Shown here: positions 22,782 to 32,451 of the stretch, piece after piece
Numbering within the stretch: the first letter of the stretch is position 1
Layout of the letters: every line of letters starts with the position of its first letter
IMG/VR virus record: IMGVR_UViG_3300033153_007973
Span: 62,001 to 126,000 of that record
Length of the DNA: 64,000 bases
Direction: 5' to 3' (one strand)
The notes under the pieces: model-generated
What the model was told of the DNA's origin: nothing
The model's input: only the letters and a program-made list of their open reading frames with translations
Database searches by the model: none
Translations under genes and position numbers: made by a program

Positions 22782-24452
22782 TTGATGAATCCTTTTAAAT
22801 TTGCTTTCAATAAAGATTACCGCCGCCAAGCTATAATTAACTGGGCATATGATGATGTTAAAGGCGCTGTTTCTGACAATAGGCGCACTAGAGCATTGGA
22901 TGCGCAGCGCATACGGAATCTGCCCACAGAGGTATCGATTGGTCGTTTCACAAAGATCAATATTCCACAAAGGTCTGATCTTGCCGGCCGAGTCTTCATT
23001 AATAATTATTTCTTTGATGATCTAGATAAGGCATATCAGGGCGAGACATATGTCAAGTATGCAGTTGATCGATATGTCGAGAGTGTCCTCAGAAATGGCT
23101 GGAGCATTGTTAGTGGGAATGCAAAAGTTGTTGGGTATCTTGAGAAGCGCTTTCATGAAATGGCAATCGCATCATCAACCACCATGGAGGAAATGTTCAG
23201 TGATTTCCTCTCAACAACAATACTATACGGAAACGCATTTCTAATCAAATACAGAAATGCGAAGTCATCTAGTGGCAAACCTGTTACTAGATCTGATGGT
23301 AGAACCATTCCTCCGATTGCTTCTTTGTTCATCGAAGATACAAGGAAAATGCATATAGCAATGACCGGAGCTAACAGATATATCTATATCAGAACACCAC
23401 AGAATATAACTGGACGCACTCCCAATACACTGAATACATACGCATTCCCATTTGGACTTAATGCATTCTCTTCATATACTGGCTACCCAAAATCACATAC
23501 TCCGCCAGCAATAATCAGTGGTCAGATTGCTCAAGCAATCTCTGCTGGTAGATCTGGCAGAATCGGTGATATCAGAATCTACAGAGATCTTGATGTCGCT
23601 CACATCAGATATCATCATGTGCCTGGAGAGAAATGGGCAATGCCTCCGTTCTGGCCGGTCCTTCCCGATGTTGATACTCTACGAAGAATCGAAGAAAATG
23701 TTGAATTGCTCATGTATCAATATGGTCACAGTCTTCTGCATGCTGCCATTGGAAGTGATCAGCGTCCTGGGTCCAAAGCAGACGTAGCCACTATCACCCA
23801 GAAGATGAAAGACATGGAAGGAAATGGATTTATCGCAACGGACCATCGTGTGAATCTAGAATTTAAAGGCGCGGAAGGGAAAGCAATTCGTGCAGAAGAA
23901 TACCTGAAATACTTTAAGGCAAGAGCATTCTCTGGACTCTGGCTCAGTTCAACGACAGTTGGTGAAGGCGATAGTGCTAACCGAGCAACTGCAGAGACGG
24001 TTGATATGATTCGCCAAGACAAGACGATCGAACTCCAGAGAATTCTGCAGAAAGAGCTTCAGCCTATTCTGATCGAACTCCTACTCGAAGCAGGTGTAGA
24101 TTATGGCTGGGCACTACAGCCAGAGAATATTCCGGCAATACACTTCCCAGAAGTAGACGTTAATAAGAAGATCGCACTGGAAAGTCATATCCTGAATCTG
24201 TATAACTCGAATGTAATCACGGAGACAGAGGCTAGAGTGCTGCTCGGTATGAAGCCTCTGGATGAGAAGGAACGAAGTGGACTATTCGTATATGCGGTTT
24301 CCTCAGTCGCTAGTCTCCTGAAGCTGGGTATGGAACCTGTAGCAAAATTTGCAATGCAGAGAATTGGTGGGGCAAATGCATCGACCAAATCAATCGTAAA
24401 GCCTACGAATCAGAGCGGGCAGAAGACAGGCCCTTCACAGGCAAAGAATTAG
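22782..24452 (+). CDS. portal protein
   Basis: YGNAFL, VAHIRY, GEGDSANRATA, ITETEARVLLG; synteny. Confidence 0.9.
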   Translation: MMNPFKFAFNKDYRRQAIINWAYDDVKGAVSDNRRTRALDAQRIRNLPTEVSIGRFTKINIPQRSDLAGRVFINNYFFDDLDKAYQGETYVKYAVDRYVESVLRNGWSIVSGNAKVVGYLEKRFHEMAIASSTTMEEMFSDFLSTTILYGNAFLIKYRNAKSSSGKPVTRSDGRTIPPIASLFIEDTRKMHIAMTGANRYIYIRTPQNITGRTPNTLNTYAFPFGLNAFSSYTGYPKSHTPPAIISGQIAQAISAGRSGRIGDIRIYRDLDVAHIRYHHVPGEKWAMPPFWPVLPDVDTLRRIEENVELLMYQYGHSLLHAAIGSDQRPGSKADVATITQKMKDMEGNGFIATDHRVNLEFKGAEGKAIRAEEYLKYFKARAFSGLWLSSTTVGEGDSANRATAETVDMIRQDKTIELQRILQKELQPILIELLLEAGVDYGWALQPENIPAIHFPEVDVNKKIALESHILNLYNSNVITETEARVLLGMKPLDEKERSGLFVYAVSSVASLLKLGMEPVAKFAMQRIGGANASTKSIVKPTNQSGQKTGPSQAKN

Positions 24453-24466
24453 AGCACAGTAGCTAG

Positions 24467-24495
24467 TTGACAAGATTACTAGCATAGTGTATACT
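24467..24495 (+). promoter_or_regulatory. sigma70-type promoter
   Basis: TTGACA-17-TATACT. Confidence 0.8.
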
Positions 24496-24516
24496 TTGTA
24501 AAGTGAGGTAACATTA

Positions 24517-26523
24517 GTGGACAAAGAATTACTGATCCGCGACATCCTTGTCATTGACAAGGCACAGTCAGCATACATCGGCCGTACAGGTAAAGTCTCT
24601 AAAGATGTCTCTGAAAACAAGATGAGTTCGTATTTCAGACGCGCATTAAAAGAGGCTGGCGGAATCTATGATAAACCTGTTCTTGTAACTGAAACCGAAG
24701 TAACCCATTATGGATTTGTCAATGGTAATTTTCGGCGTTACAGACTTGAATTCATCAAGCATAATTCCCGCACATGGACTGCTGACTACGCAAAGCCAAT
24801 CCAACTCGATCATAATGACCACGTAATAAACGATACTATCGGACGTGTTCTATTCGCAGTTCCAATTATCTATAAGCAGGATCAGAAACAGCGCGATAGT
24901 CTCGATAAACCTAGTGGACATATTACTGTATTTGGTGCCATTCCTGCTCCCGAACACATCGAAAGAATTATGGATGGTCGGTACCTAACAGTATCAATGG
25001 GCGCGAGAAGCACTGATATTACATGTTCGATCTGTGGAAAACACCCCATGAGCTATGAATGTGAGCATCGGATGGGCAAGCGGTATGATGTGGAAGTAGG
25101 TGACAAGAAGTTAAAGAACCAATTAGCATTTGCTGACTTCGGAAAGAAATACTATAACGAGTATAGTTACGTGTCCGCTCCTGGTGATATCCATGCAAAG
25201 ACTGGCAGATATGAACTGTCAGGAACTGATGCTACTAATATGTTTAACACACAGGATGCATTAGCACAGGACATGGGCAAATTCGATATTCCCAATACAC
25301 CACCAAAGGTGTACTTTTTCTTTGGTGATGCTGCTAGGATGGATGCAGTCACCACATCGGTGACTCAGGATTCATTTAATGATTCGGATGCAAATCCGGA
25401 CATCCTCTTATTCGACTGCAAAAGAATAGGTGAGCTAGTCACATCTGAAGAAGATGTGACAGCCTCTGATTCTACAGCAGAGATACATACAACAGAAGAT
25501 AAAACAGAAGGCGATGTTAATAAACAAGTCCCCGAAAGGGACCAAGAAAAGGAACAGGAGGACAAGATGTTGCAGAAGAAATATGCGGTACTTCACCTCG
25601 TTCACTCCCTCCTTCATGCTGACAATATGGATGTATCCGACGCACTGAAAGAAATTGCGGACGTGAGCGTCGATATCGTCGGTGAAAATCTTAGCAAGGA
25701 TGATGTTCTAGCGAAGATCGTTGCAGTACTTGATAAGATGGAAAAAGAAGATGAGGAAAAAGACGAGAAAGACAAAGCGCTGACCACGAAGACCCGCAAG
25801 AAATTGTCAGCTTCAACATTCTGCGGACCCGATAAGTCTTGGCCTGTTCCTGATTGCCAGCACGTTGCAACTGCCAGATCTTTCCTTGCTCAATCGAGCA
25901 AGACAAAGAATCTGACGACAGCACAAAAAGCCAGAGTTCGTGCATGCGTAAATCGCAAAGCACGTTCACTGGGTTGTGACAAAGGCAAGGATGACAATGG
26001 CAGTGATGAACTTCATTTCCTTTCACAGGATGAAGTACTCACAGCAGACTTCGTAACCACAGCCATCGACGAACTACTTTCTGCTAAGGAAAGAGAAATC
26101 GATACTCTCGAAAGCAAACTCCAGAAGACCTTCATCAATCAGATCATGGACTTCGGTGGACGCCTCGAGAAGGTCTGGGCGAAGGATGACGAGAAGAGGG
26201 CAACATATGTTGCTGACCTGAAAACTCGAGCCATCGATTCCCTGGAAGATACCCTCAACGACCTTATGGCCGAAGCTGGTATCAGTACAGATCAGGACAG
26301 CCAGAATAATCAAAAACTCGATGACGCATCCAATGAGACAGCTGGTGCGCAAGAGGGCAAGGATAATAAAGAGAAGAAAGACGAAGATAAAAAGATCGAT
26401 GCTACGGCGGCTGATTCAAAAGCCGATGAGACCGTAGACAACCCCGGAGACAAGACCAAGACAAATAAAGAGAACGACTCTAAAGGCGTTTCTCTCTTGG
26501 CCAAATCTGGCGCTCTCAGATAA
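24517..26523 (+). CDS. prohead protease-scaffold fusion
   Basis: LDHND..IGRV, TVSMG, CSICG..CEH, EYSYVSAPGD; acidic coiled C-terminus. Confidence 0.85.
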   Translation: MDKELLIRDILVIDKAQSAYIGRTGKVSKDVSENKMSSYFRRALKEAGGIYDKPVLVTETEVTHYGFVNGNFRRYRLEFIKHNSRTWTADYAKPIQLDHNDHVINDTIGRVLFAVPIIYKQDQKQRDSLDKPSGHITVFGAIPAPEHIERIMDGRYLTVSMGARSTDITCSICGKHPMSYECEHRMGKRYDVEVGDKKLKNQLAFADFGKKYYNEYSYVSAPGDIHAKTGRYELSGTDATNMFNTQDALAQDMGKFDIPNTPPKVYFFFGDAARMDAVTTSVTQDSFNDSDANPDILLFDCKRIGELVTSEEDVTASDSTAEIHTTEDKTEGDVNKQVPERDQEKEQEDKMLQKKYAVLHLVHSLLHADNMDVSDALKEIADVSVDIVGENLSKDDVLAKIVAVLDKMEKEDEEKDEKDKALTTKTRKKLSASTFCGPDKSWPVPDCQHVATARSFLAQSSKTKNLTTAQKARVRACVNRKARSLGCDKGKDDNGSDELHFLSQDEVLTADFVTTAIDELLSAKEREIDTLESKLQKTFINQIMDFGGRLEKVWAKDDEKRATYVADLKTRAIDSLEDTLNDLMAEAGISTDQDSQNNQKLDDASNETAGAQEGKDNKEKKDEDKKIDATAADSKADETVDNPGDKTKTNKENDSKGVSLLAKSGALR

Positions 26524-26536
26524 GGAGGAGTAGAAG

Positions 26537-27697
26537 ATGGGTGTTAGACATACTCTCAATTACACAGCAAACGGCCAAGCCCTCAATGTAGACCAGCGTG
26601 CAATGGAAGCTGCCCTGCAGACGAGTGGGTTCCGTTGGGGATTCGAAAGATCGCAAGGTGAACGACCTGCCGAAGCGATGCTTCCTCACCGGTATGCACC
26701 TACACGTCGTGTCATTACTGACCAGGGTCTTTCGCGGCATTCGGTCGTGATTCCTGTTGGAACAATCGTGAGTGCAGTACCTGTAATGAGTAGAGATTAC
26801 TATTACAGAAACTCAACGGTATTCAGCGGATCACCGATCGATGGTTCCGGAGACACATATTCCGGCGAACTCGTGCTAGGAACAGGCAATGACAGTTCTG
26901 TATTGACTGCCCCAGCAGACGACGCTATTGATGGCTATGGCAAGGTCAACGCCGCTCTGATCATCGCAAACGGCGGATCATCTGTCGACGATCTGTATAC
27001 ATCGTACGACTACACTGATCTTGGAAGACTTGACAAGGATGGCAATGCAATCACCAATGTTACGGTGTTTAATCGTCCTCCAAATATTCCAATCGGTGTT
27101 GTTTTCAACGATATCTACATCGAAGACACTGGTGCAACACTGAACTTCGTCGAGAGTCCTCTCATGAAGTTCAGCTCAATTCTGTGTGACTGGTACGTAG
27201 AAATTCCTTACTGTGCCAATATTGCTAATTACGGGATGAGCAACACTCTCGCAAGTGGTACTACACAGGATATCAATAACTCAAGTGCACTCGGCTACAA
27301 TGCCGTGTATAACTTGGGTCTTCCGTTCCTCACAGCGGCATCACTAGCGGACTTAGTCCCTGGTGGGTTCGTGTCAGCTGACTTGAACGGTAAGTACAAG
27401 ATGCAGAATGTGGCTGCAAATTCCTACACTGCATCAAAAACCGCACAGACGGTTGGAAAACTGACGGCTCTTGATAACAAGTTCCCTAAGGACATTGAAG
27501 ACCTCGTTCAGATGTACAACCTGTCAGCGGCTGGTGGTACAGCCACCTACGGGCTCCCTTCACAGTTGTTCGCGTTTGTGTTCAACATTCTGAAGTACGG
27601 TGTAAATGGTGGAACTAATCCAACATTTGCACAGATCATTGCGGCAGTTGATAGTGGCGACATGGGAATGGCGCGCATCAACTTGCACGTGGCTTAA
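26537..27697 (+). CDS. head decoration/minor capsid protein
   Basis: between scaffold and capsid genes; AAGGAGG SD. Confidence 0.6.
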   Translation: MGVRHTLNYTANGQALNVDQRAMEAALQTSGFRWGFERSQGERPAEAMLPHRYAPTRRVITDQGLSRHSVVIPVGTIVSAVPVMSRDYYYRNSTVFSGSPIDGSGDTYSGELVLGTGNDSSVLTAPADDAIDGYGKVNAALIIANGGSSVDDLYTSYDYTDLGRLDKDGNAITNVTVFNRPPNIPIGVVFNDIYIEDTGATLNFVESPLMKFSSILCDWYVEIPYCANIANYGMSNTLASGTTQDINNSSALGYNAVYNLGLPFLTAASLADLVPGGFVSADLNGKYKMQNVAANSYTASKTAQTVGKLTALDNKFPKDIEDLVQMYNLSAAGGTATYGLPSQLFAFVFNILKYGVNGGTNPTFAQIIAAVDSGDMGMARINLHVA

Positions 27698-27709
27698 GGA
27701 GATTATAAC

Positions 27710-29005
27710 ATGAAAGACCTTCTAAAAGCATACAGCGATCCCAAAGTTCTAGAGGTAGCGGATGCAGTTCGTTCGATCCTCTATACTGATGGGGCAATGA
27801 TCACCGAGAATGATGAGACAAAAACGCCAGAACTTTCGAGCCTGCAACTGAAAGACCTTCTGACAAGTGCGGATATTATCCCATTACTGCCGGAAGCGAT
27901 CACTCACGTGATCCTGGAGGAAATCGAACCCGCCTCCATCATATACAACACGTTCTTCAATGAAGTGCGTGCAATCAGAAGTGGCACATTCGTGATCCAC
28001 TCAATCGGACCGATGGTTGCTCTTCCCGTCGGCGCCAATGGCGAATACCCTGAAACAAGCTTCGCCCTGGACGCAACGGGTCATCGGATCAACATCAACA
28101 CCCAGAAGTATGGCCTTGAGATCAACATCGCGGACGAAGTCCTCGAAGACAATCTCATCGGCGTGGTGGGGATGTGGCTCCGCAGAGCTGCTAACGCTCT
28201 GGTTCGGAACAGAGAAAAGATGGCTATTGATATGATCAAGAAATACGGGATCATAATGATGGACAACAATTCTCCTTCCGCTCCTGTGAAAAACCTCTCT
28301 GGACGTGACATCACTGGTACCCAAAATGGTACCATGACGATGAACGACCTGATGGAACTCTACACGAGTGCCCTGATGGAAGGTTTCACTCTGGATACAA
28401 TGATCATGCACCCCCTTGCATGGCAGACTTTCATGACGGATGCAGAGATGAAGGAAATCGTCCTGAATAACAACACCCTGGTGACCTATCGGCCACCTCG
28501 GGGTTCCTATTCAAGGGCACTCCAGCAACTTGCACATCCTGAGAATCTTGGATTGACATGGAACAAGGGCTACGGTAATCCAACTCTTGATCCTACAACC
28601 AACAAGCTCGGAAAGAACCCATACGCATCGACTCTGTCGGTGATGAATGCAACTTTCAATCTTCCACCTCGGAGTGTTCTCCCAACTCCGCTCCAGATTA
28701 TCGTATCTCCTTATGCTCCAATCAGTACGGTTAATAACCGCACGATCACAGACATTATCTTCGCCGAATCTAGCGAAGTAGGTCTGGCGCTGCGTAAGAC
28801 AGATCCGATTACGGAACGGTTTGAGAATCCTGAAAAGGAAAGAGTGAAGATTCGAATGAAAGAAACATTCGGAATGGGAATTCTGAACCAGGGGAAAGCC
28901 ATCAGAATCGCAAAGAACGTTGTGGTCGACAGAAATTACGTGTTCGATAATGTGAACAGCGTGACGAATATGGCCAACCTCAACCGTTACTCCGATCTGG
29001 TGTAA
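27710..29005 (+). CDS. major capsid protein (HK97 fold)
   Basis: VGANGEYPE, KYGLEINIADEVLED, MIMHPLAW, IRMKETFGMGILN. Confidence 0.92.
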   Translation: MKDLLKAYSDPKVLEVADAVRSILYTDGAMITENDETKTPELSSLQLKDLLTSADIIPLLPEAITHVILEEIEPASIIYNTFFNEVRAIRSGTFVIHSIGPMVALPVGANGEYPETSFALDATGHRININTQKYGLEINIADEVLEDNLIGVVGMWLRRAANALVRNREKMAIDMIKKYGIIMMDNNSPSAPVKNLSGRDITGTQNGTMTMNDLMELYTSALMEGFTLDTMIMHPLAWQTFMTDAEMKEIVLNNNTLVTYRPPRGSYSRALQQLAHPENLGLTWNKGYGNPTLDPTTNKLGKNPYASTLSVMNATFNLPPRSVLPTPLQIIVSPYAPISTVNNRTITDIIFAESSEVGLALRKTDPITERFENPEKERVKIRMKETFGMGILNQGKAIRIAKNVVVDRNYVFDNVNSVTNMANLNRYSDLV

Positions 29006-29024
29006 CTAGAAAAACACTGGTAAT

Positions 29025-29056
29025 GACTGGGGTCCTTTATTGGGCCCCAGTCTTTT
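29025..29056 (+). terminator. intrinsic terminator
   Basis: GACTGGGGTCC/GGGCCCCAGTC + TTTT. Confidence 0.85.
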
Positions 29057-29084
29057 ACCATATTAGAATAAAAGGAGACATACA

Positions 29085-29642
29085 ATGGTAGACAAAGGCG
29101 AAAAGATTCTTCATTTCAAATTAGCACCTGGGCGTGTAATTTGGGGAACAATGAATGGTTCGATCAAGCTAAATGCTTTTCCTGATGGTAATGGAATGGC
29201 TAGTATTGGTGGAAAGGTATCATCTAAGGAAGTGGCTGACTATGAATCAGTCGCTCGTGGGATCGTAACTGGAGCACTTATCAAAGTTAGCAAGAAAGAA
29301 GCTATCACTCCACAGAAGATCGAAGTTAAGAGGGTTTCCGATATAAAGGAGACACAAGTAAAGATCGATATGGCAACTAAGAAGCTGCTTGATATGCGGG
29401 AAGAACAGGCTATTATTGAACTGAAAGATATGAAACATCCGGCTCTTCTGACTAGGATTCTTCAGGTCGAATCAAAGAAGAAAAGGAGACCAAAGGTTAT
29501 AGAAGCAGCAAAAGCCGCTCTTGATATGGTACAAGCAAGTTCGATCATCGAGACTGTAGAAGAAGGATCCGATATTGAAGCAACACTCAATTCTGATAAG
29601 CGGAGCGGCTCCATCGAAAGCTCACTCGAAGAATCATTCTAA
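29085..29642 (+). CDS. hypothetical protein
   Basis: AAGGAG SD; 185 aa. Confidence 0.75.
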   Translation: MVDKGEKILHFKLAPGRVIWGTMNGSIKLNAFPDGNGMASIGGKVSSKEVADYESVARGIVTGALIKVSKKEAITPQKIEVKRVSDIKETQVKIDMATKKLLDMREEQAIIELKDMKHPALLTRILQVESKKKRRPKVIEAAKAALDMVQASSIIETVEEGSDIEATLNSDKRSGSIESSLEESF

Positions 29643-29658
29643 AGACAGGTTGTGATGA

Positions 29659-30840
29659 ATGCTCACGATAAGCAGTACAATACCGGCCGCAGAGGCCACT
29701 AATGTTCTTCGCGATGCATCCATTGATATTATCTTTAGTAAAGAAGTAAAGACAGCATCACTCACAATAGTTAATTTCGTTATCTACCGGATGGACGGCG
29801 GTACACCTGTCGAACAGGTTGCTATTGGTCTAAATAAGACAGGCACAACAGTAAAAATAGCACCGGCCGTTGATCTACTAGCAAATACTGGTTATACTGT
29901 ACTGATCCTTGGTGATCAAGACCTCTCTGATGTAATCGACAGTGGGGTTGTCGCTATTGATAATGACACCATGGATGGTAACCATACATTCGTATTCACA
30001 ACTGGTGAAATGCGTCATATTGATGTCGTTGGTGGTGCTGATCCCGGTGATTCATCCACCGTTAGTGGACAAATCGATCTAGCGGTCGTGAGTACAGATC
30101 CTGTGGATTATGAAAGCCAGGTTAATAGTCTTCCAACTATTACAGTAGATTTCGATCGATATATGACTGCCATAAGTGGAGAGACACCATTTGTCATCGA
30201 ATCCAGGGCACTAGTCTTCGGAGAAACCCCAGACCTACCCGGAGTGGCTTCACTGAGTTACAGTTCTGATCATAAGAGTCTCATTGGAAATATCAGTGGA
30301 ACAATTACTTCGAATACTGAATACCATGTGACTGTAGATAAGAATGCAGTCAGTGGTTCTCTGGATACATGGCTACCAGTGAGCCATTGCTTTCGCTTCT
30401 TCACCCAGATGCACCCGTATTATACTGACCCTGGAACTGTCCGCCAGCGGGGTGGGCACTTCATTAGTCCAACCATTGATGACTGGCTAATTAACATGTA
30501 TATCCTGGATGCCAGCATATTAGTCTCTGATGAACTAGAAGTGGGTTTCCTCTCTGGATCCAGTATCACACGCAATATCACCAGGCTAACTACCTGTATA
30601 GTGATCTCTGAGATCGCGCACGGTATAGCTGACGGCTCGCTGAAGGGCATTAGCAGCAAGGCATTGGCCGATCTGAAGATTGAGTACGACTACCGCGGTG
30701 CAATGGCTGCTATAGGCCGTATTGATCAATGTATTGATGATATGCAAAACACCCTCGGTGCCGGTTCTATCCAGACCGGAGTCAAGAGTGGTGATAGTGG
30801 CCATTATCCTGGCCGTAGAAGGGTAATTTGGGCAGAATAA
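29659..30840 (+). CDS. two Ig-like (Big_5-type) domains plus head-tail adaptor domain
   Basis: ISSTIP..ATNV..I.F..L.ANT.YTV pattern twice; C-terminal SKALADLKIEY. Confidence 0.7.
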   Translation: MLTISSTIPAAEATNVLRDASIDIIFSKEVKTASLTIVNFVIYRMDGGTPVEQVAIGLNKTGTTVKIAPAVDLLANTGYTVLILGDQDLSDVIDSGVVAIDNDTMDGNHTFVFTTGEMRHIDVVGGADPGDSSTVSGQIDLAVVSTDPVDYESQVNSLPTITVDFDRYMTAISGETPFVIESRALVFGETPDLPGVASLSYSSDHKSLIGNISGTITSNTEYHVTVDKNAVSGSLDTWLPVSHCFRFFTQMHPYYTDPGTVRQRGGHFISPTIDDWLINMYILDASILVSDELEVGFLSGSSITRNITRLTTCIVISEIAHGIADGSLKGISSKALADLKIEYDYRGAMAAIGRIDQCIDDMQNTLGAGSIQTGVKSGDSGHYPGRRRVIWAE

Positions 30841-31373
30841 TGACCATCGATACATCATATATTACTTCTGCTGTACATGGATCGGCAAATGATATCCGAC
30901 TCAAGAATGAATTTGACGCCCTAGTAGATGAGTTCGGATGGTGGGTTGTCCTGAGAGTTATGGATCTTTCCAAGCATAGTTCATATTGGAATGAAGAGCT
31001 AAAAGAGGCGCCAAATGGTCCCGCATGGGAATACACTGACTATCTCGTGAAGGCACGAAGAGTAGAGATACAGCGTCTAACATCAGAAGAGATGCAGAAA
31101 TTTGGTGTCCAGTACAACCTGGGCAAGATCTTCTATCTGAAAAGCAATCTGACTCCTAAAAGAGAGGATGTCATATACTCAATTACCACGAGATTAAATC
31201 CTACAGTTACTGCACCCCAAAATGTGTTCGCAGCAGAGGGTTTCAATATCGAGGAAATCGAGAGAAAAATTGAACATGGGTTAGTTTACAACAAGTGTTA
31301 TTGCAGTTATAATGTACCTAGGAACAATGAGTCAATTGAGGGTGGCTTTATAGTAAATAATATAATAAGATAA
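30840..31373 (+). CDS. putative head-closure/neck protein
   Basis: synteny; TAATG coupling. Confidence 0.55.
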   Translation: MTIDTSYITSAVHGSANDIRLKNEFDALVDEFGWWVVLRVMDLSKHSSYWNEELKEAPNGPAWEYTDYLVKARRVEIQRLTSEEMQKFGVQYNLGKIFYLKSNLTPKREDVIYSITTRLNPTVTAPQNVFAAEGFNIEEIERKIEHGLVYNKCYCSYNVPRNNESIEGGFIVNNIIR

Positions 31374-31385
31374 AGGAGACAAGAT

Positions 31386-31712
31386 ATGCCAGACACAGTA
31401 GAACCAAAGAAAACAAGCGGTGCGGTACCTGCGCCAAAACAGAAGATTTATAAGACATCAGACATTGCCATTGCTTCATGTCTAATTCTAAACCAGACCA
31501 AGCTGTTAAAGCTTGAACCAATGGCGAATGTACAGAAGGGACGAAAGGTTCCTCAGAATCATTATTTCTTTGTGTTTGTTGATGACAACATTGTTAAACG
31601 CGAAGAGATCGTTATGGGGTATCTGGATAAGTCACTAAAGGTCGTTCCGTCAGATTTTATGGATACGATCCGAAAATTGAAACAACAAACAAAGGAGACA
31701 GCACTAACATAA
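31386..31712 (+). CDS. hypothetical protein (DUF5659-like)
   Basis: YKTSDIAIASCL...YFFVF pattern. Confidence 0.5.
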   Translation: MPDTVEPKKTSGAVPAPKQKIYKTSDIAIASCLILNQTKLLKLEPMANVQKGRKVPQNHYFFVFVDDNIVKREEIVMGYLDKSLKVVPSDFMDTIRKLKQQTKETALT

Positions 31713-31737
31713 GTGTTGATCCAGGAAAGGTCATGAA

Positions 31738-32424
31738 GTGAATCTTGTAGTAGCAGAGAGAAAACCTGGAGAACTCAATATTCTTCAGACCGCATTACTT
31801 GTTGGTATAATTCACAATCTATACAACAAACTGCTTACAGATTCAGACAAGGAATATAAAGCATTTGAATATATGCCTGCACATCCTGCCTGGCTTTTAG
31901 GAAAGACAGGATCAGCAGACACCCAAGATACATATGACAGAGTCATAACTTGGGATGTAATGCGAAGAGAAGACGGAACTCTTGGAAAGTCACCATTTTC
32001 TGGTACTAAGCAGAAAAGACCAGCACTTAGAGAAGAGGTACCTATAACAAGAGACGATGGTACAAAATATGTAAGAGAGATCTATGGAAAGTTCTATGAT
32101 AATCTTTTACGATTTGATTGTTTTGCCCCGACAGCAACGGAGGCACATGATACTCTCATAAAGTTCGAAAGAATGCTTGAGAATCATGCAATGTTCTTCG
32201 AGAATCAGGGTGTGAGCAAATTTCTATATCATGGAAGGACGTCGCCACTTTACTTAGAGAACGCAAGATACCACACGAAGGCGTGTATCTTTTATGTAAG
32301 AACAGAAGAGATGTGGTACAGAGATGAAGATACTATTAAGAAAATAGAGCTCCAAGCTAATAGTGAGCTTCGAACCTGGACATCTGGTTCGGATCTTACC
32401 GGGATTTCCGGCGAAGTCTATTAA
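31738..32424 (+). CDS. putative tail completion/terminator protein
   Basis: precedes sheath; YDNLLRFDCFA...FYVRTEE. Confidence 0.55.
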   Translation: MNLVVAERKPGELNILQTALLVGIIHNLYNKLLTDSDKEYKAFEYMPAHPAWLLGKTGSADTQDTYDRVITWDVMRREDGTLGKSPFSGTKQKRPALREEVPITRDDGTKYVREIYGKFYDNLLRFDCFAPTATEAHDTLIKFERMLENHAMFFENQGVSKFLYHGRTSPLYLENARYHTKACIFYVRTEEMWYRDEDTIKKIELQANSELRTWTSGSDLTGISGEVY

Positions 32425-32451
32425 CATTGGAAGACTAACGGAGGTTGGAAC

